From Candidatus Woesebacteria bacterium RBG_13_46_13 (lineage in GTDB: Bacteria; Patescibacteriota; Microgenomatia; UBA8517): a stretch of DNA of 64,000 bases. How positions within the stretch are numbered: position 1 is the first letter of the stretch; every line of letters starts with the position of its first letter. A model generated the notes under the pieces. That model ran no database searches and was not told where the DNA came from. It saw nothing but the letters and a program-made list of their open reading frames with translations. Positions 37,083 through 47,206 of this stretch are shown here, piece by piece. The position numbers and the translations under genes are program-made. The stretch spans positions 26,895-90,894 of the forward strand of contig MGFR01000005.1 of assembly GCA_001791995.1 (NCBI GenBank), written 5' to 3'.

Positions 37083-38684
37083 CTATTTCCGTGTTTTACA
37101 ATCTGTTGGGGGGTTTGTAGAGTACCCAAAAAGGGCTGGATTATAATCAACATCCTGAACTTCAAATTCCAAACTCAAATTGTGAATTGTCACTTGTTCC
37201 GGAGAAATAGCCAGGCTATCCCCAACCAAGATGGAATTTGGACTACATCCATCTTTCCCCCATATAATCGGCCTTACTTCCACATTACCGATGCGATATT
37301 CTTCGTTCGCATTGACCACTCCACTATAGTAGGAGGTTTGCAGTTGAGACCTCATTTGTTTTTGAATTATGGCGGGGTCTATCTTCCAAAAATAAGCTAT
37401 TCTTAACCCTTCGGCCGTGTCCCTCCCTGTATCGATTACTATCTGTCTGTCGCGATATTTGTCTAAATAATCCAAAAGCTTTATATACTGATAGGTATAA
37501 TACTTTGCGCTTTCGAACTTAAAAAGAACAAAATATGAAGTAAAAAAAGTAAATAGTGAATAGGAGGTAAGGAAAACTAAGATTATAAGAACGGTTTTGT
37601 TGGCTCTGGCAACCAAATAGTAAATGCCGAGGGAGATGACAATGGTGACAATCCATAGAAACTCAAGAGTTCTTAAGGGATAGAAAAGGTCTCCCGTAAG
37701 AGAAGCTGGAATAAGTGAAATTGCTCCTAAAAAAACAAGCTGCACAGACAAACTTTTATCTCTCAATGTACTTAAAAACTTTAGGCCGAGCAAGAAAGGT
37801 ATAAACAGCCAGCTAAAGAAAGGTCCCATTTCTGGTATTAGTCTTCCCAAGCTTTCTCCCGCATCGCTAAATAAATATTTTGGAGAAAGATAAATTAAAA
37901 ATTGATTAAGAAAAGTTTTGATAACATTTCCTCCCTCCTTAATATATCCAACTTGATCTAGTCTCCTTGAAAAAGCTCCACTAAATAAAATTATGAGGTG
38001 CGGAATCTGGATAATGAAAAACAGAACAATACCCAAGAGAACCAGCCTTTTGCTTCTCCATAATATCTTTCTATACCATAGGATGAAAAACAGAAAGAAA
38101 AGCAATCCTATTATTCTTTCGCTGTAATAGGCATGAGTGGAAAACCCCATAACTATAGCTGCAAAAGGAAAAAAACGTATATTGTTCAATGATTTGAGCA
38201 ACAAGAAATATCCAAGAAGAAAAACCGTCAGGGCCAAATTTGCCTCAACGGGCCTGTGACTAAAATATATTGCCCAAGGGGAGATTGCCAACATTAAAGA
38301 AGCCAGCAAGCCAATTCTGTTATCCTTTTTTAAACGGAAAAGGTTCGAGATTATTAAATAAGTTAAGACCACACCCAAAACCCCCGAGAATGCCGAAACA
38401 AAACGGGCGGAAAAAATAGTATTCCCGAACAACATAATCGGAATTACTGTTAAATATGTATATAGAGGAGGTTGGTAAGAACCGAAAGCGCGAAACAAAA
38501 TCGGGAAATTCTCACCGTATAAGTCTTTCCCTGTATGAAGGATAGAAAAAGCATTATAAGCCTGAGAAAAGGCATCTGGAAGCATACCCAGAGGTACTTC
38601 ACTCAGTTTGTAAAACCTAAAGGCAATAGAAATGATAAGAATCAGAAAAAGCAGAATATAGGTTTTTTTATTATTCTTTATCAT
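37083..38684 (-). CDS. GT-C glycosyltransferase (ArnT/GT39-like), tandem paralog 4
   Basis: LPDAFSQAYNAF...GKDLYG, SPW and YPLRT motifs. Confidence 0.75.
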   Translation of the reverse strand: MIKNNKKTYILLFLILIISIAFRFYKLSEVPLGMLPDAFSQAYNAFSILHTGKDLYGENFPILFRAFGSYQPPLYTYLTVIPIMLFGNTIFSARFVSAFSGVLGVVLTYLIISNLFRLKKDNRIGLLASLMLAISPWAIYFSHRPVEANLALTVFLLGYFLLLKSLNNIRFFPFAAIVMGFSTHAYYSERIIGLLFFLFFILWYRKILWRSKRLVLLGIVLFFIIQIPHLIILFSGAFSRRLDQVGYIKEGGNVIKTFLNQFLIYLSPKYLFSDAGESLGRLIPEMGPFFSWLFIPFLLGLKFLSTLRDKSLSVQLVFLGAISLIPASLTGDLFYPLRTLEFLWIVTIVISLGIYYLVARANKTVLIILVFLTSYSLFTFFTSYFVLFKFESAKYYTYQYIKLLDYLDKYRDRQIVIDTGRDTAEGLRIAYFWKIDPAIIQKQMRSQLQTSYYSGVVNANEEYRIGNVEVRPIIWGKDGCSPNSILVGDSLAISPEQVTIHNLSLEFEVQDVDYNPALFGYSTNPPTDCKTRK

Positions 38685-39291
38685 TTTTTAGAATCTTATA
38701 GACCCCTAAAGCAATCGCTCCGTTAATAAAAGGGTAATAAAAAATATAACCGGCTTCTTTTAGATGAACAGCGCCCTGAATAAAAAAGGACAAAAGAAGG
38801 ATGGCAAAGATAAATTTATTCGCAGATTTCAACAAATGGATTAAACCTACAACGAAAAATGGGAAAAGAATTAGACGGTAATCTGCAAAATACCAAGTAA
38901 AATCCAGGCCCGAATATAATCTTTGCGTGTATTTGTCGAAAAGAGGTTTTATTTTGTCAAAATATATTTTTCCGTATCTATTCCAGTAGTACCAATTCAG
39001 CTCCGTTTTGTAATAGAGTTGTCTACGTTCGACTTTTAAAGTCTCTGGGGTTGAACTGGGAAACTTAATTATTCCTAAATCGAAATCTTTAATCGAAATG
39101 AGAGTATAGAAAGCAAATACGACAAAGATCAGGGCCACTAGGCTTTTTTTGTTTTTCTTTATCAGAGCAAGGTAGAAAATTACAGTTTGGGCAACCAGAA
39201 GAAATACAAGTAGTCCTGAAGTTTGATAAATCCTGTATGTCCAGGAGTTGATAATCGCAACCAGCAAGGGCAGAACTATTAAGAAAAACAT
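38671..39291 (-). CDS. Membrane protein of unknown function
   Basis: 206 aa, hydrophobic, tightly packed with both neighbours; weak resemblance to the mid-region of the adjacent GT-C paralogs. Confidence 0.6.
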   Translation of the reverse strand: MFFLIVLPLLVAIINSWTYRIYQTSGLLVFLLVAQTVIFYLALIKKNKKSLVALIFVVFAFYTLISIKDFDLGIIKFPSSTPETLKVERRQLYYKTELNWYYWNRYGKIYFDKIKPLFDKYTQRLYSGLDFTWYFADYRLILFPFFVVGLIHLLKSANKFIFAILLLSFFIQGAVHLKEAGYIFYYPFINGAIALGVYKILKNDKE

Positions 39292-39294
39292 TCT

Positions 39295-40047
39295 TTATTT
39301 CCTCGGAGCAAAATATTTACTTTTTTTAATTCCCCAAAGGTGAAGTAAGTAAACGGCAATAACCCAGTATGTCTCAAGCAAAAACTTCGCGCCTCTTAAG
39401 AATTTAATAGAGGAGGCTCTATCGTGATAGCGGGTTTCGATAGGGATCTCGCCTATCTTAAAACCATAGCTAATCGCGGCAACTTTCATCTGTTGGTCAA
39501 AAACAAAGTCGTTGGAAAATCTTTGAAAAGGAACGGTGAGCAAGAGCTTCTTCGAAAAAGCCCTGTAGCCGGAAAAATGTTCGCTGAAATTAACCCCCAA
39601 AAGGATATTCTCCAAAATTGTATCCAGTCTATTGAGGAAATATTTCAGCTTTGGCATGCCACCGGCCAATGCCCCACCGCGAGTCAGAATACGACTACCA
39701 AACATATAATCGCGCTTTCCCCTTAAGATCGGTTCTATCAAGTCTCCGATAACGGTTCCGTCATATTGATAATCGGGGTGAAGCATAACAACAACGTCGG
39801 GATTGAATTTTAATGCTTCCCAGTAACAGGTTTTTTGGTTTCCTCCGTAGCCGGTGTTGTTGGGGTGGGCATAAACCGTAATGCCCAACTTTTTTGCAAC
39901 CTCCACCGTATTATCACGGCTCTCATCGTCAACCAAAATCACGTGTTTTCTGTACTTCGGTTCAATTTCCTCCAAAGTATCCTTAACGGTCCGGGCTGCA
40001 TTGTAGGCAGGCATCACTACTACCACTGTGGGGTTTTTCTTGCTCAT
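39295..40047 (-). CDS. GT2, polyprenol-phosphate sugar synthase-like
   Basis: VMPAYN, DDESRD, GYGGNQK, MLHPDYQY, GSR, SGYRAFS and FVFD motifs. Confidence 0.88.
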   Translation of the reverse strand: MSKKNPTVVVVMPAYNAARTVKDTLEEIEPKYRKHVILVDDESRDNTVEVAKKLGITVYAHPNNTGYGGNQKTCYWEALKFNPDVVVMLHPDYQYDGTVIGDLIEPILRGKRDYMFGSRILTRGGALAGGMPKLKYFLNRLDTILENILLGVNFSEHFSGYRAFSKKLLLTVPFQRFSNDFVFDQQMKVAAISYGFKIGEIPIETRYHDRASSIKFLRGAKFLLETYWVIAVYLLHLWGIKKSKYFAPRK

Positions 40048-41663
40048 GTTTTAATAATATAAAAAGCTGGTGCTGTTGTTCTGAAATAAATAATTTTCAA
40101 TATTTTAGCCTTTTCCTTCTGTTCAAAATCGGCCGGCAGACTCCAATGGCTGGCAATTATCAGCGTATTTTTCAGATATTGATCCTTCGGCCAATAGACG
40201 GCGCGAATATCAAATTTACCGAACGTCGTCTCTCTCTTTGCCTGATCGCCTATCTCAAACTCCTCCTGCATATTCTCTGGGGGGTACTTTCCGTAAAAAC
40301 CCAGATAATAATGCGTACCCGTTGCTATCCAAGGTTTAAACTCACCAAATTTGGGATCGAAAACGATTGTCTCGTATTTATCGTAATTCTCCCAAGCATA
40401 TTGGGCAACCTCACGAAAAGGATACTGCAACATCTCGCTTCTCTCAATAGGATAGTTGAGGGTGTATCTTTTCAGGAAGAAGCCCAGGTTTATCCCAAAA
40501 AGAACAAGCAAAACCAAGATGGCCACCTTGCCAAATTTCTTATAAAACCAGAATATGCCGAAGGCAGAAACGATATTGAGCATCGTAAAGGCCATTATTG
40601 CCCGATGGGGACTGTAATCTTCGAAAGTCAACCCGCTAGGAATAAACCCTACCAGTATCCAGGTTAAGATAAACAACTTTCCCTCAACAAGTTTTTTGTC
40701 CTTGGCCAAAAGATAGATCCCGGCAAGCAAAAACGGAATGGAAACCGCAAAAAGCGGACCGACATCTCTCTTGCCTTCGGTCATATTCAAGCCCTCGAAA
40801 AATAAATATTTGGGAGAAAATTGACGGACATATCTTACCGCACTATAGCCGGCGATGGTAAAAAGCTTTCCGAGTTGGCTTTTTTGGACAACCAGTTTTT
40901 CCGCCAGACGTGCATCCTGGGTTATAAATACTTTCGAAGTGCGGTCGCGCGTGGCGGGATTAACAAAAATCATATAGTAAAGAGGGGCTGCCACCAGAAG
41001 GAATAGAATGATCGGACCTATCTTAAGGGGTTTAAACTTTTTCCAAAAAATAACGATGAATGAGATCAAAAGAATGGGAATAATAACCGCTTGGGCGAAA
41101 TAGACGTAAGAAGCGATTCCCAAAATAACTGCACCCGCGTAGAAATATTTTATCTTCTTCTCCCTTAAGTAGATCGCCAGCAAAGAAAATGCGGTAAGCA
41201 TCAAAAATATTCCCGTCTGGTTTTCAAAACTTTTTCGGGAATAGAAAATTTCAAAAGGAGAAATGGCGGTAAGGCCGGCCGCAATTAGGGCAATACTTTT
41301 TTTGCGGATGAGCTTGTCTACAAAAAGGTAGACTCCGACGATTAGTAGCGTCCCGAAGAAAGCTCCCGTAATCCTAACGGTTACCTCCTGCCAACCGAAT
41401 ATTTTATAGACCATCGCTGTCGCATAGGTGTAAAACGGAGGTTTAAAATCGTTTACGGACGGAAAGATAAAAGGAAGTTTATTCCCGTAAATATCTTTTC
41501 CCGTTCTGACAATCGAAATCGCATCATAAAGCTGTGTCACCTCGTCATGGCTAAGCTGAATAGGAAATAAGGAAAGCTTACAGAAACGCAGGAAAGCTCC
41601 GAGTGAAACTATGAGCAGGAGTATAACTGCCGGTTTGCTAAATATTCTTAAAAGTCTCTTCAT
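40044..41663 (-). CDS. GT-C glycosyltransferase (ArnT/GT39-like), tandem paralog 5
   Basis: SHDEVTQLYDA...GKDIYG, DFKPP, SPF...SR and SPHRA motifs. Confidence 0.8.
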   Translation of the reverse strand: MKRLLRIFSKPAVILLLIVSLGAFLRFCKLSLFPIQLSHDEVTQLYDAISIVRTGKDIYGNKLPFIFPSVNDFKPPFYTYATAMVYKIFGWQEVTVRITGAFFGTLLIVGVYLFVDKLIRKKSIALIAAGLTAISPFEIFYSRKSFENQTGIFLMLTAFSLLAIYLREKKIKYFYAGAVILGIASYVYFAQAVIIPILLISFIVIFWKKFKPLKIGPIILFLLVAAPLYYMIFVNPATRDRTSKVFITQDARLAEKLVVQKSQLGKLFTIAGYSAVRYVRQFSPKYLFFEGLNMTEGKRDVGPLFAVSIPFLLAGIYLLAKDKKLVEGKLFILTWILVGFIPSGLTFEDYSPHRAIMAFTMLNIVSAFGIFWFYKKFGKVAILVLLVLFGINLGFFLKRYTLNYPIERSEMLQYPFREVAQYAWENYDKYETIVFDPKFGEFKPWIATGTHYYLGFYGKYPPENMQEEFEIGDQAKRETTFGKFDIRAVYWPKDQYLKNTLIIASHWSLPADFEQKEKAKILKIIYFRTTAPAFYIIKT

Positions 41664-43087
41664 TCCTTCAGAAAAATGCTTTGAGCAAAAGAATTGGTAT
41701 ATATTTCTTTAAGACCGCTCTTTTCTTTCGGGCTTAACAGGTCAGGATAAGCTAAGAGTGCGCTTTTGGGCAATATTTCCTCCCCCTTCCTCCATTCGCT
41801 AAAGGTAAAAAGGTAGGCGGCCTGAAAAAATTTGATATCTTCTCTTCCTCCCGCCATATCTGTCAGTAGATATATTTTATATCCCTCTTTGTACTTTTCG
41901 CTAAGAACCTTATAAATAGAATGCCAGGGGCTAGAGAATGATTTAATCGCCCTCTCGGGATACGAATACCAATAGTCTTTAGCAAAGCTCACGTAATTAA
42001 AAACAATCAATATTATGACACCCACTATTCCCAATAATTTAAACGCTCTGGACTTTATGGTTGTAAGGTACACAAAACCCAAGGTTGAGATAAGTATATA
42101 AAACGGGATAAGAGCCAAAAGCCTGCTGGCCCGGTAGCTTTCGCCGACGAACACATAAAGGATTGGTGCGAGAAGAAAACAAATCAGCAAAAAGCGGTAA
42201 ATGTTACTCTTTTCTCTTATTCCCTTGACTACCCCCAAGACAAAAAGAGGAAGGCTGGCCAAGAGAAACATTCCCGTTGTTCCGGTTGAATGATAAATGG
42301 TTGCGTCTCCTTTTAAGAATAGGAAAACAGGGTCAAAAATCGAAAGATACGGCAGAATAAATTGTTGATAAGAAGTTATTGGAATAAATGAGTTATTCCC
42401 GAATACCGCTCCCGGATAGTGAAAATAGGCCCAAGCAAGAAGAAGAATAAAGGGAGCGGTGCCGCCTAAAAATGATAAGACTGCCCTAGTCTTTCTGATA
42501 TACACGATGGTCATTGCTGCCAAAACAGGAACAATAAGCCGCATCCCGTAATAGGAAAAAATTCCGGCCCCAAGGGCAATCCCCGCAAAGACCAGATATT
42601 TCGTGTCCGCCTTTTTGGTGTATTTGATAAGCATCCAGAGCCAAATGGTGACAAAAGGAAGCGGGGCGATGTTCTCAAGCGCCAAATGGGACTGAATCAA
42701 TATTATCGGGGTCGAAACAAAAAGAAGTATCGCTACTATCCCGGCACTCACCCCCAGCAATTGTTTTGCCAGGAAGAAAAGTAAGACCGCCCCCGTAAGT
42801 GCAATAAAAACGCTTACTCCCCGAAGCACCTCATATGAGGGACCGAAGATTTTAAAGGCCGCGACAGTCAAATAAAAAGTCGCAGGCTGTTTCCAGTCGG
42901 AGCCCGTAGCAATAAAGAGAGGAAATCTATTACCAGCCTCGACCCTACCGGAGTCGGCAAGCAAAACCGCATTGTAAGCAATCGACGCTTCGTCGCCGTT
43001 TATTCCCGGAGGAACCTGGGTTATTTTGTAAGAGAAAAGAAGAAACGAAGCAGCAAGAATCAATAAAACCAACCAAATGCTTTTCAT
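41660..43087 (-). CDS. GT-C glycosyltransferase (ArnT/GT39-like), tandem paralog 6
   Basis: NGDEASIAYNA, DWKQP and LFLKGD motifs. ATG 43087 (TAATG coupling) preferred over 43129. Confidence 0.78.
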   Translation of the reverse strand: MKSIWLVLLILAASFLLFSYKITQVPPGINGDEASIAYNAVLLADSGRVEAGNRFPLFIATGSDWKQPATFYLTVAAFKIFGPSYEVLRGVSVFIALTGAVLLFFLAKQLLGVSAGIVAILLFVSTPIILIQSHLALENIAPLPFVTIWLWMLIKYTKKADTKYLVFAGIALGAGIFSYYGMRLIVPVLAAMTIVYIRKTRAVLSFLGGTAPFILLLAWAYFHYPGAVFGNNSFIPITSYQQFILPYLSIFDPVFLFLKGDATIYHSTGTTGMFLLASLPLFVLGVVKGIREKSNIYRFLLICFLLAPILYVFVGESYRASRLLALIPFYILISTLGFVYLTTIKSRAFKLLGIVGVIILIVFNYVSFAKDYWYSYPERAIKSFSSPWHSIYKVLSEKYKEGYKIYLLTDMAGGREDIKFFQAAYLFTFSEWRKGEEILPKSALLAYPDLLSPKEKSGLKEIYTNSFAQSIFLKE

Positions 43088-44592
43088 TAGAAAGTCCCGG
43101 GTGTATATATCAGTGGAAGCTTCCCCCAATTGTCCAGAATAAAGAATAAAGATCTGCGGTTAAGAAGGGTCAGGGTCAATAGCAATAGTATTACGCCCCA
43201 AAACCACACCTTCTTAAATCTCTTGCTCTTTTTATAGAATGCCCAAAATGCTCCAGCCCCGACAAAGATTAAAAACAAAAGCCTATATATTCCGAAAGGC
43301 TGGTTCTTCTGAAAAACTCCATATCCCCAATAGAAACTGCTGGAAATAAATACCAAGAACGCCAAAAGAATGGACGAAAATGTCGGAGATGTTGCCAGAT
43401 TATAGAAGAAAAGGGCAATGGCAATAGAGACAAAAGGAATAAGCGGAATAAAATACCAGGGGAAATTTGCCCCCACCAGCCAAAGCGCCGAAAAAAGAGT
43501 CGCAACGATACTAAATAACATTGGCATATACTCACGCTTTTTGGGAATAAGAAGAAGGGCAATAAAGCCACCGAGCCACCAGCCGTCTACGGGGAAATTA
43601 AAAATGCTGACCTTAAAAGCAGTTACCAAAAGATTGATTGAACCGATAAATCCTCTTTCGATACTTTGAAAAAGGAATAAATCCAAAAACAATTTGGGTG
43701 CCAGCCAAAGTCCCCAGACAAAAGAGAGCGATCCGACAACCACAGCCGGAATCAAATAACACAAAATATCTTTGATTTTAAATTTCCAGTAGATCAGAAG
43801 AGCCGCGAAGGCAAGTACAAATACCCAACCCGCAAGTTTTGTCAGGGCCAAAAGCCCCCCAACCACTCCCGCCGCTACCAATAAACCCCTTGAGGGTTTG
43901 GCTTTAGCAAAAACTAATATGATTAAGGCCAAAAGGATAAGCGGAGCCATAACGTTTTCCAACAAGGCATACCTCTCCACTAATAGATATGAAGGAACCG
44001 TTCCGTAGACCGTCGAGGCGATAAGCCCGACGAGAGGTTTCCTGCTCATCTGCAAAGCCAAAACAAATATTAAAAATTGCGTCAGTATCCCCAGATAGAT
44101 TGCAGAGCGTCTCATGTCGTAGCTTGAGACATCTCCGAAAGTTTTGGCGTCTTTATTCACAAACAAGCTAAGAACTAAGGCACCGAACGGAGGATGGTCC
44201 AAATAAGGCTGGACCATCCGTGTATGGGAAAGACCCCGACCGAAATCGTATTCGGCAACGCCGATTGCCGGTTTGGGGTAGCTGGAAAAATTGCCCAAAG
44301 AGGGTTTTATGTCCGCCACAGTCAGGTTAAATCCGTCAATCCTTCCTCCGGCACCGGTTTTTTGGGAGTCGACCATATAGGCATTAAGTATCGACCATGC
44401 TGCAGGAACACCGCTACTCCTGATACTTAATCCGTGCCAAACATTTGTATGTTCATCCAGGATAATAAACGGGTCCGGCTTAACGCTAAAGCCGACCGAG
44501 CGAAGATCAGCTCCCAGCTTAAGGGAAAAAACTAGAAGAATAGCCCAAAAGACAATCGAATATTTACGAGCCAAGGCAATAAGGGCTTTCAC
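43087..44592 (-). CDS. GT-C glycosyltransferase (PMT/GT39-like)
   Basis: ILDEHTNVW, YLDHPP, LLE, LTK and PWYFIP motifs; GTG start. Confidence 0.7.
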   Translation of the reverse strand: MKALIALARKYSIVFWAILLVFSLKLGADLRSVGFSVKPDPFIILDEHTNVWHGLSIRSSGVPAAWSILNAYMVDSQKTGAGGRIDGFNLTVADIKPSLGNFSSYPKPAIGVAEYDFGRGLSHTRMVQPYLDHPPFGALVLSLFVNKDAKTFGDVSSYDMRRSAIYLGILTQFLIFVLALQMSRKPLVGLIASTVYGTVPSYLLVERYALLENVMAPLILLALIILVFAKAKPSRGLLVAAGVVGGLLALTKLAGWVFVLAFAALLIYWKFKIKDILCYLIPAVVVGSLSFVWGLWLAPKLFLDLFLFQSIERGFIGSINLLVTAFKVSIFNFPVDGWWLGGFIALLLIPKKREYMPMLFSIVATLFSALWLVGANFPWYFIPLIPFVSIAIALFFYNLATSPTFSSILLAFLVFISSSFYWGYGVFQKNQPFGIYRLLFLIFVGAGAFWAFYKKSKRFKKVWFWGVILLLLTLTLLNRRSLFFILDNWGKLPLIYTPGTF

Positions 44593-44600
44593 TAGTGATT

Positions 44601-44610
44601 ATTATATAAT
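44601..44610. promoter_or_regulatory. Palindromic bidirectional -10 element ATTATATAAT
   Basis: Perfect 10-bp palindrome giving TATAAT on both strands, 6 nt before ATG 44617 (+) and 8 nt before GTG 44592 (-). Confidence 0.6.
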
Positions 44611-44616
44611 CAAAAA

Positions 44617-46605
44617 ATGCAGGGTGCATACTTCATCCTCAATTTGCTGCTCTTTGTGGGAACATCCTTCGTATTTTTCGTCATCCCGGGAGTCTATATT
44701 CTTGCAATAGCCTTTCCTAAACTTTCCCCTTGGGAAAAATTCATTTACGGAACGGTTGTCGGCCTGGTTTTATTTACTCTGGTTTCTTATCTTTTGCTGC
44801 TTATAAATTTCCCCTTGGCTATTTTTGTGGTGTATGCAATTTTTGACCTCGTTGCGGCCAAACAGACTCTGGCTCTATTTAAACAGCTGACACTGCCATC
44901 CAAAAAATGGGGCATGGTCATTGTTTTGGTGTTTGCGTTGGGAATCCTCGGACAACTGTTAGTTATTGCACCCAGCGGGACATTCGTTGAAGGTGCTCTT
45001 GTTTTCTGGGGTTCCCATGCCCACGACGCTTCCTGGCATATTGCTCTGATGAATGAAATGAACAAAGGCTTCCCCCTGCAAAATCCCGTATTCGCCGGAG
45101 AAAGACTTATTAATTATCACTTCTTCTCGGATGTCGCTCCAGCAATCTTTAATAAATTCTTGAAACTTCCCGCCTTAGACTTATATTTTCGTTTTTTCCC
45201 GCTGCTTGAGTCGCTGCTTTTGGGAGCCAGTGCCTACTTTCTAACCAAAAAGCTAGGCAAAAGTACTCTTGCCGGAATATGGGGAGTGATATTTGTCTAC
45301 TTCGGGGGTAGTTTCGGATACATGGTAACGCTTCTGCAAGGAAGGGGAGTTGGGGGAGAAAGCCTTTTTTGGGCTACCCAAATTCAAAGCTCGATCGCAA
45401 ACCCTCCCCAGATAATTTCTGATTTCTTGGTATTAACCGTCCTTTTCCTATTGATATCGTTTCTGGCCAAACCAAAACTGCTACCAGGAATCGTAATCGC
45501 TTTGGCTGTCGGGGTTCTGGCAACTTTTAAGGTCTATGCTGCAATCCCAGTGTTGGGCGCATTGGCAATTGCTTCGGTTTGGAGATTGGCCAGGGAGAAA
45601 AAAATCGATCTTTTTGCCGTAACTCTGACGGCCGGCGCGCTTACTGCAGGTTTGTATCTTCCCAATACCAAAGCCAGTACCGCCTTTCTTATTTTCCAGC
45701 CCTGGTGGTTTGTCAGAACCATGGTCGTCGAGCCTTCCCGGCTTAACTGGATTGATTTGGAACTAAGAAGGCAGTTTTATCTGGACAGAGGAGGAGTCAG
45801 ATCAATCTTAAGAATAATCGAATACGAATCAGTTGCCCTGATTATTTTCTTTTTCGGCAACCTGGGAACGCGGGCCTTGGGTTTTTGGCAAGCGATTGGC
45901 TCCGCCAAGAATTACTTCTCCGACTACTTCAGCCAAATATTTGCATCCATCATGATAATTTCTTTTATCCTTCCTCTCCTTTTCCTGCAAAAGGGAGTGG
46001 CTGGCAATACCGCACAGTTTCTACAATATTTTCTGCTCTTGTTCGGTATCTCGGCTGCCATTGCCATCAGTAAGTTCTTGGGTAAAATCAAAAATCCCAT
46101 TCTGGGTTTGGCTATTTCTTTGGCAATTATCGCCCTTTCGGCCCCAACACAGATGGCACAGATCGTTGATTTTTACAAAAGAGCACCTTTTGCCAAGATT
46201 TCCCCGGAAGAGCTTAGTGCCCTCTCCCTAATCAAAAAAGATTTCAAAAGCGACACTGTGGTCATGACTCCACCTTATAACCAATACGTCGATTTAAAAA
46301 CAGCGATACCCGATATCTGGGACTGGTCCGACTCCGGCTATGTTTCGGCCTTTTCCGGTAAAGAAACTTACATTTCCGATATCGAACAGGTCGATGTCAT
46401 GGGTTACGATTACAAAGAGAGATTATCTTTCCAAGAAAAAATATTTCTAGAGCCCTCCGCCCAGGTACTGGCGGAAAAACTTAAGGAAAAGGGAATAAGC
46501 GTCTTGTATTTTCCCCAACAATTAAAACCTAAGGCGGATTATGACACTAAATTCTTCGATAAAATTGTGGAAAATCGAAAAGTTGAAGTATGGATAGTTA
46601 AATAG
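44617..46605 (+). CDS. Large polytopic membrane protein, probable GT-C (paralog of 48395..50338)
   Basis: HDASWH, NP..AG...NYHFFSD, GGESLFW, FKVYA, GNLGTR, LQKG and YVSAFS motifs. Confidence 0.7.
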   Translation: MQGAYFILNLLLFVGTSFVFFVIPGVYILAIAFPKLSPWEKFIYGTVVGLVLFTLVSYLLLLINFPLAIFVVYAIFDLVAAKQTLALFKQLTLPSKKWGMVIVLVFALGILGQLLVIAPSGTFVEGALVFWGSHAHDASWHIALMNEMNKGFPLQNPVFAGERLINYHFFSDVAPAIFNKFLKLPALDLYFRFFPLLESLLLGASAYFLTKKLGKSTLAGIWGVIFVYFGGSFGYMVTLLQGRGVGGESLFWATQIQSSIANPPQIISDFLVLTVLFLLISFLAKPKLLPGIVIALAVGVLATFKVYAAIPVLGALAIASVWRLAREKKIDLFAVTLTAGALTAGLYLPNTKASTAFLIFQPWWFVRTMVVEPSRLNWIDLELRRQFYLDRGGVRSILRIIEYESVALIIFFFGNLGTRALGFWQAIGSAKNYFSDYFSQIFASIMIISFILPLLFLQKGVAGNTAQFLQYFLLLFGISAAIAISKFLGKIKNPILGLAISLAIIALSAPTQMAQIVDFYKRAPFAKISPEELSALSLIKKDFKSDTVVMTPPYNQYVDLKTAIPDIWDWSDSGYVSAFSGKETYISDIEQVDVMGYDYKERLSFQEKIFLEPSAQVLAEKLKEKGISVLYFPQQLKPKADYDTKFFDKIVENRKVEVWIVK

Positions 46606-47206
46606 TTTTGCCTTTTCCAAACACTATATAGCCAAACCCCAGAGAGATTATCCCGAAATAAAACAAGGCAAAAGTTCTGTCTTCCCAGAACCTCATGTTC
46701 AAGTTCGTATAGATATCCCTTATAAGAATGAGTGCCGATAGAGGTTTATAATAGGTTACCGAAGCAGCTGTATCGGAGTCTCTGGATAGATAGACCTCCA
46801 ACGCTTCTTCTTTCCTGCTCGAGGGGGAGGTTAACATTAGATCATATTTTCTCCCTTTCGAGTCTGTGATGGGTTCGAACATAAATCTTACAAACCCCCC
46901 ATCCGGGATGTTCCACCCACTTAGCGTTATCGTTCTTGCCAACTGCCCATTCTCGTTGATAATCTTCAGGATAATTTCCTCTTTGTTTTGAAGATTAGGA
47001 TTCTTAAAACTAAAGCCTATCCCGTTGAAGTTGTTGTAGGGTACCGTTACTTTATCCTCTATGGCTACGTTTTCATAGAATTTTTTGGTAACACCAAGCG
47101 GGGGTTGATCCTCTACCGGCAAATAACGAATCCCGAATGACAACAACGCCGGTAAGGTAAAAAGGGTCAATACAAAAAGGAAAAGGGCAATTTTAGGTTT
47201 GTTCAT
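46598..47206 (-). CDS. Membrane-anchored hypothetical protein
   Basis: 202 aa with N- and C-terminal TM helices around a beta-rich soluble domain. Confidence 0.65.
   Translation of the reverse strand: MNKPKIALFLFVLTLFTLPALLSFGIRYLPVEDQPPLGVTKKFYENVAIEDKVTVPYNNFNGIGFSFKNPNLQNKEEIILKIINENGQLARTITLSGWNIPDGGFVRFMFEPITDSKGRKYDLMLTSPSSRKEEALEVYLSRDSDTAASVTYYKPLSALILIRDIYTNLNMRFWEDRTFALFYFGIISLGFGYIVFGKGKTI

Noticed and set aside
40146-40667. 173-aa plus-strand ORF, and the many other 60-150 aa nested ORFs in the track
   Set aside because: All overlap well-supported, translationally coupled genes and show no protein-family signal.
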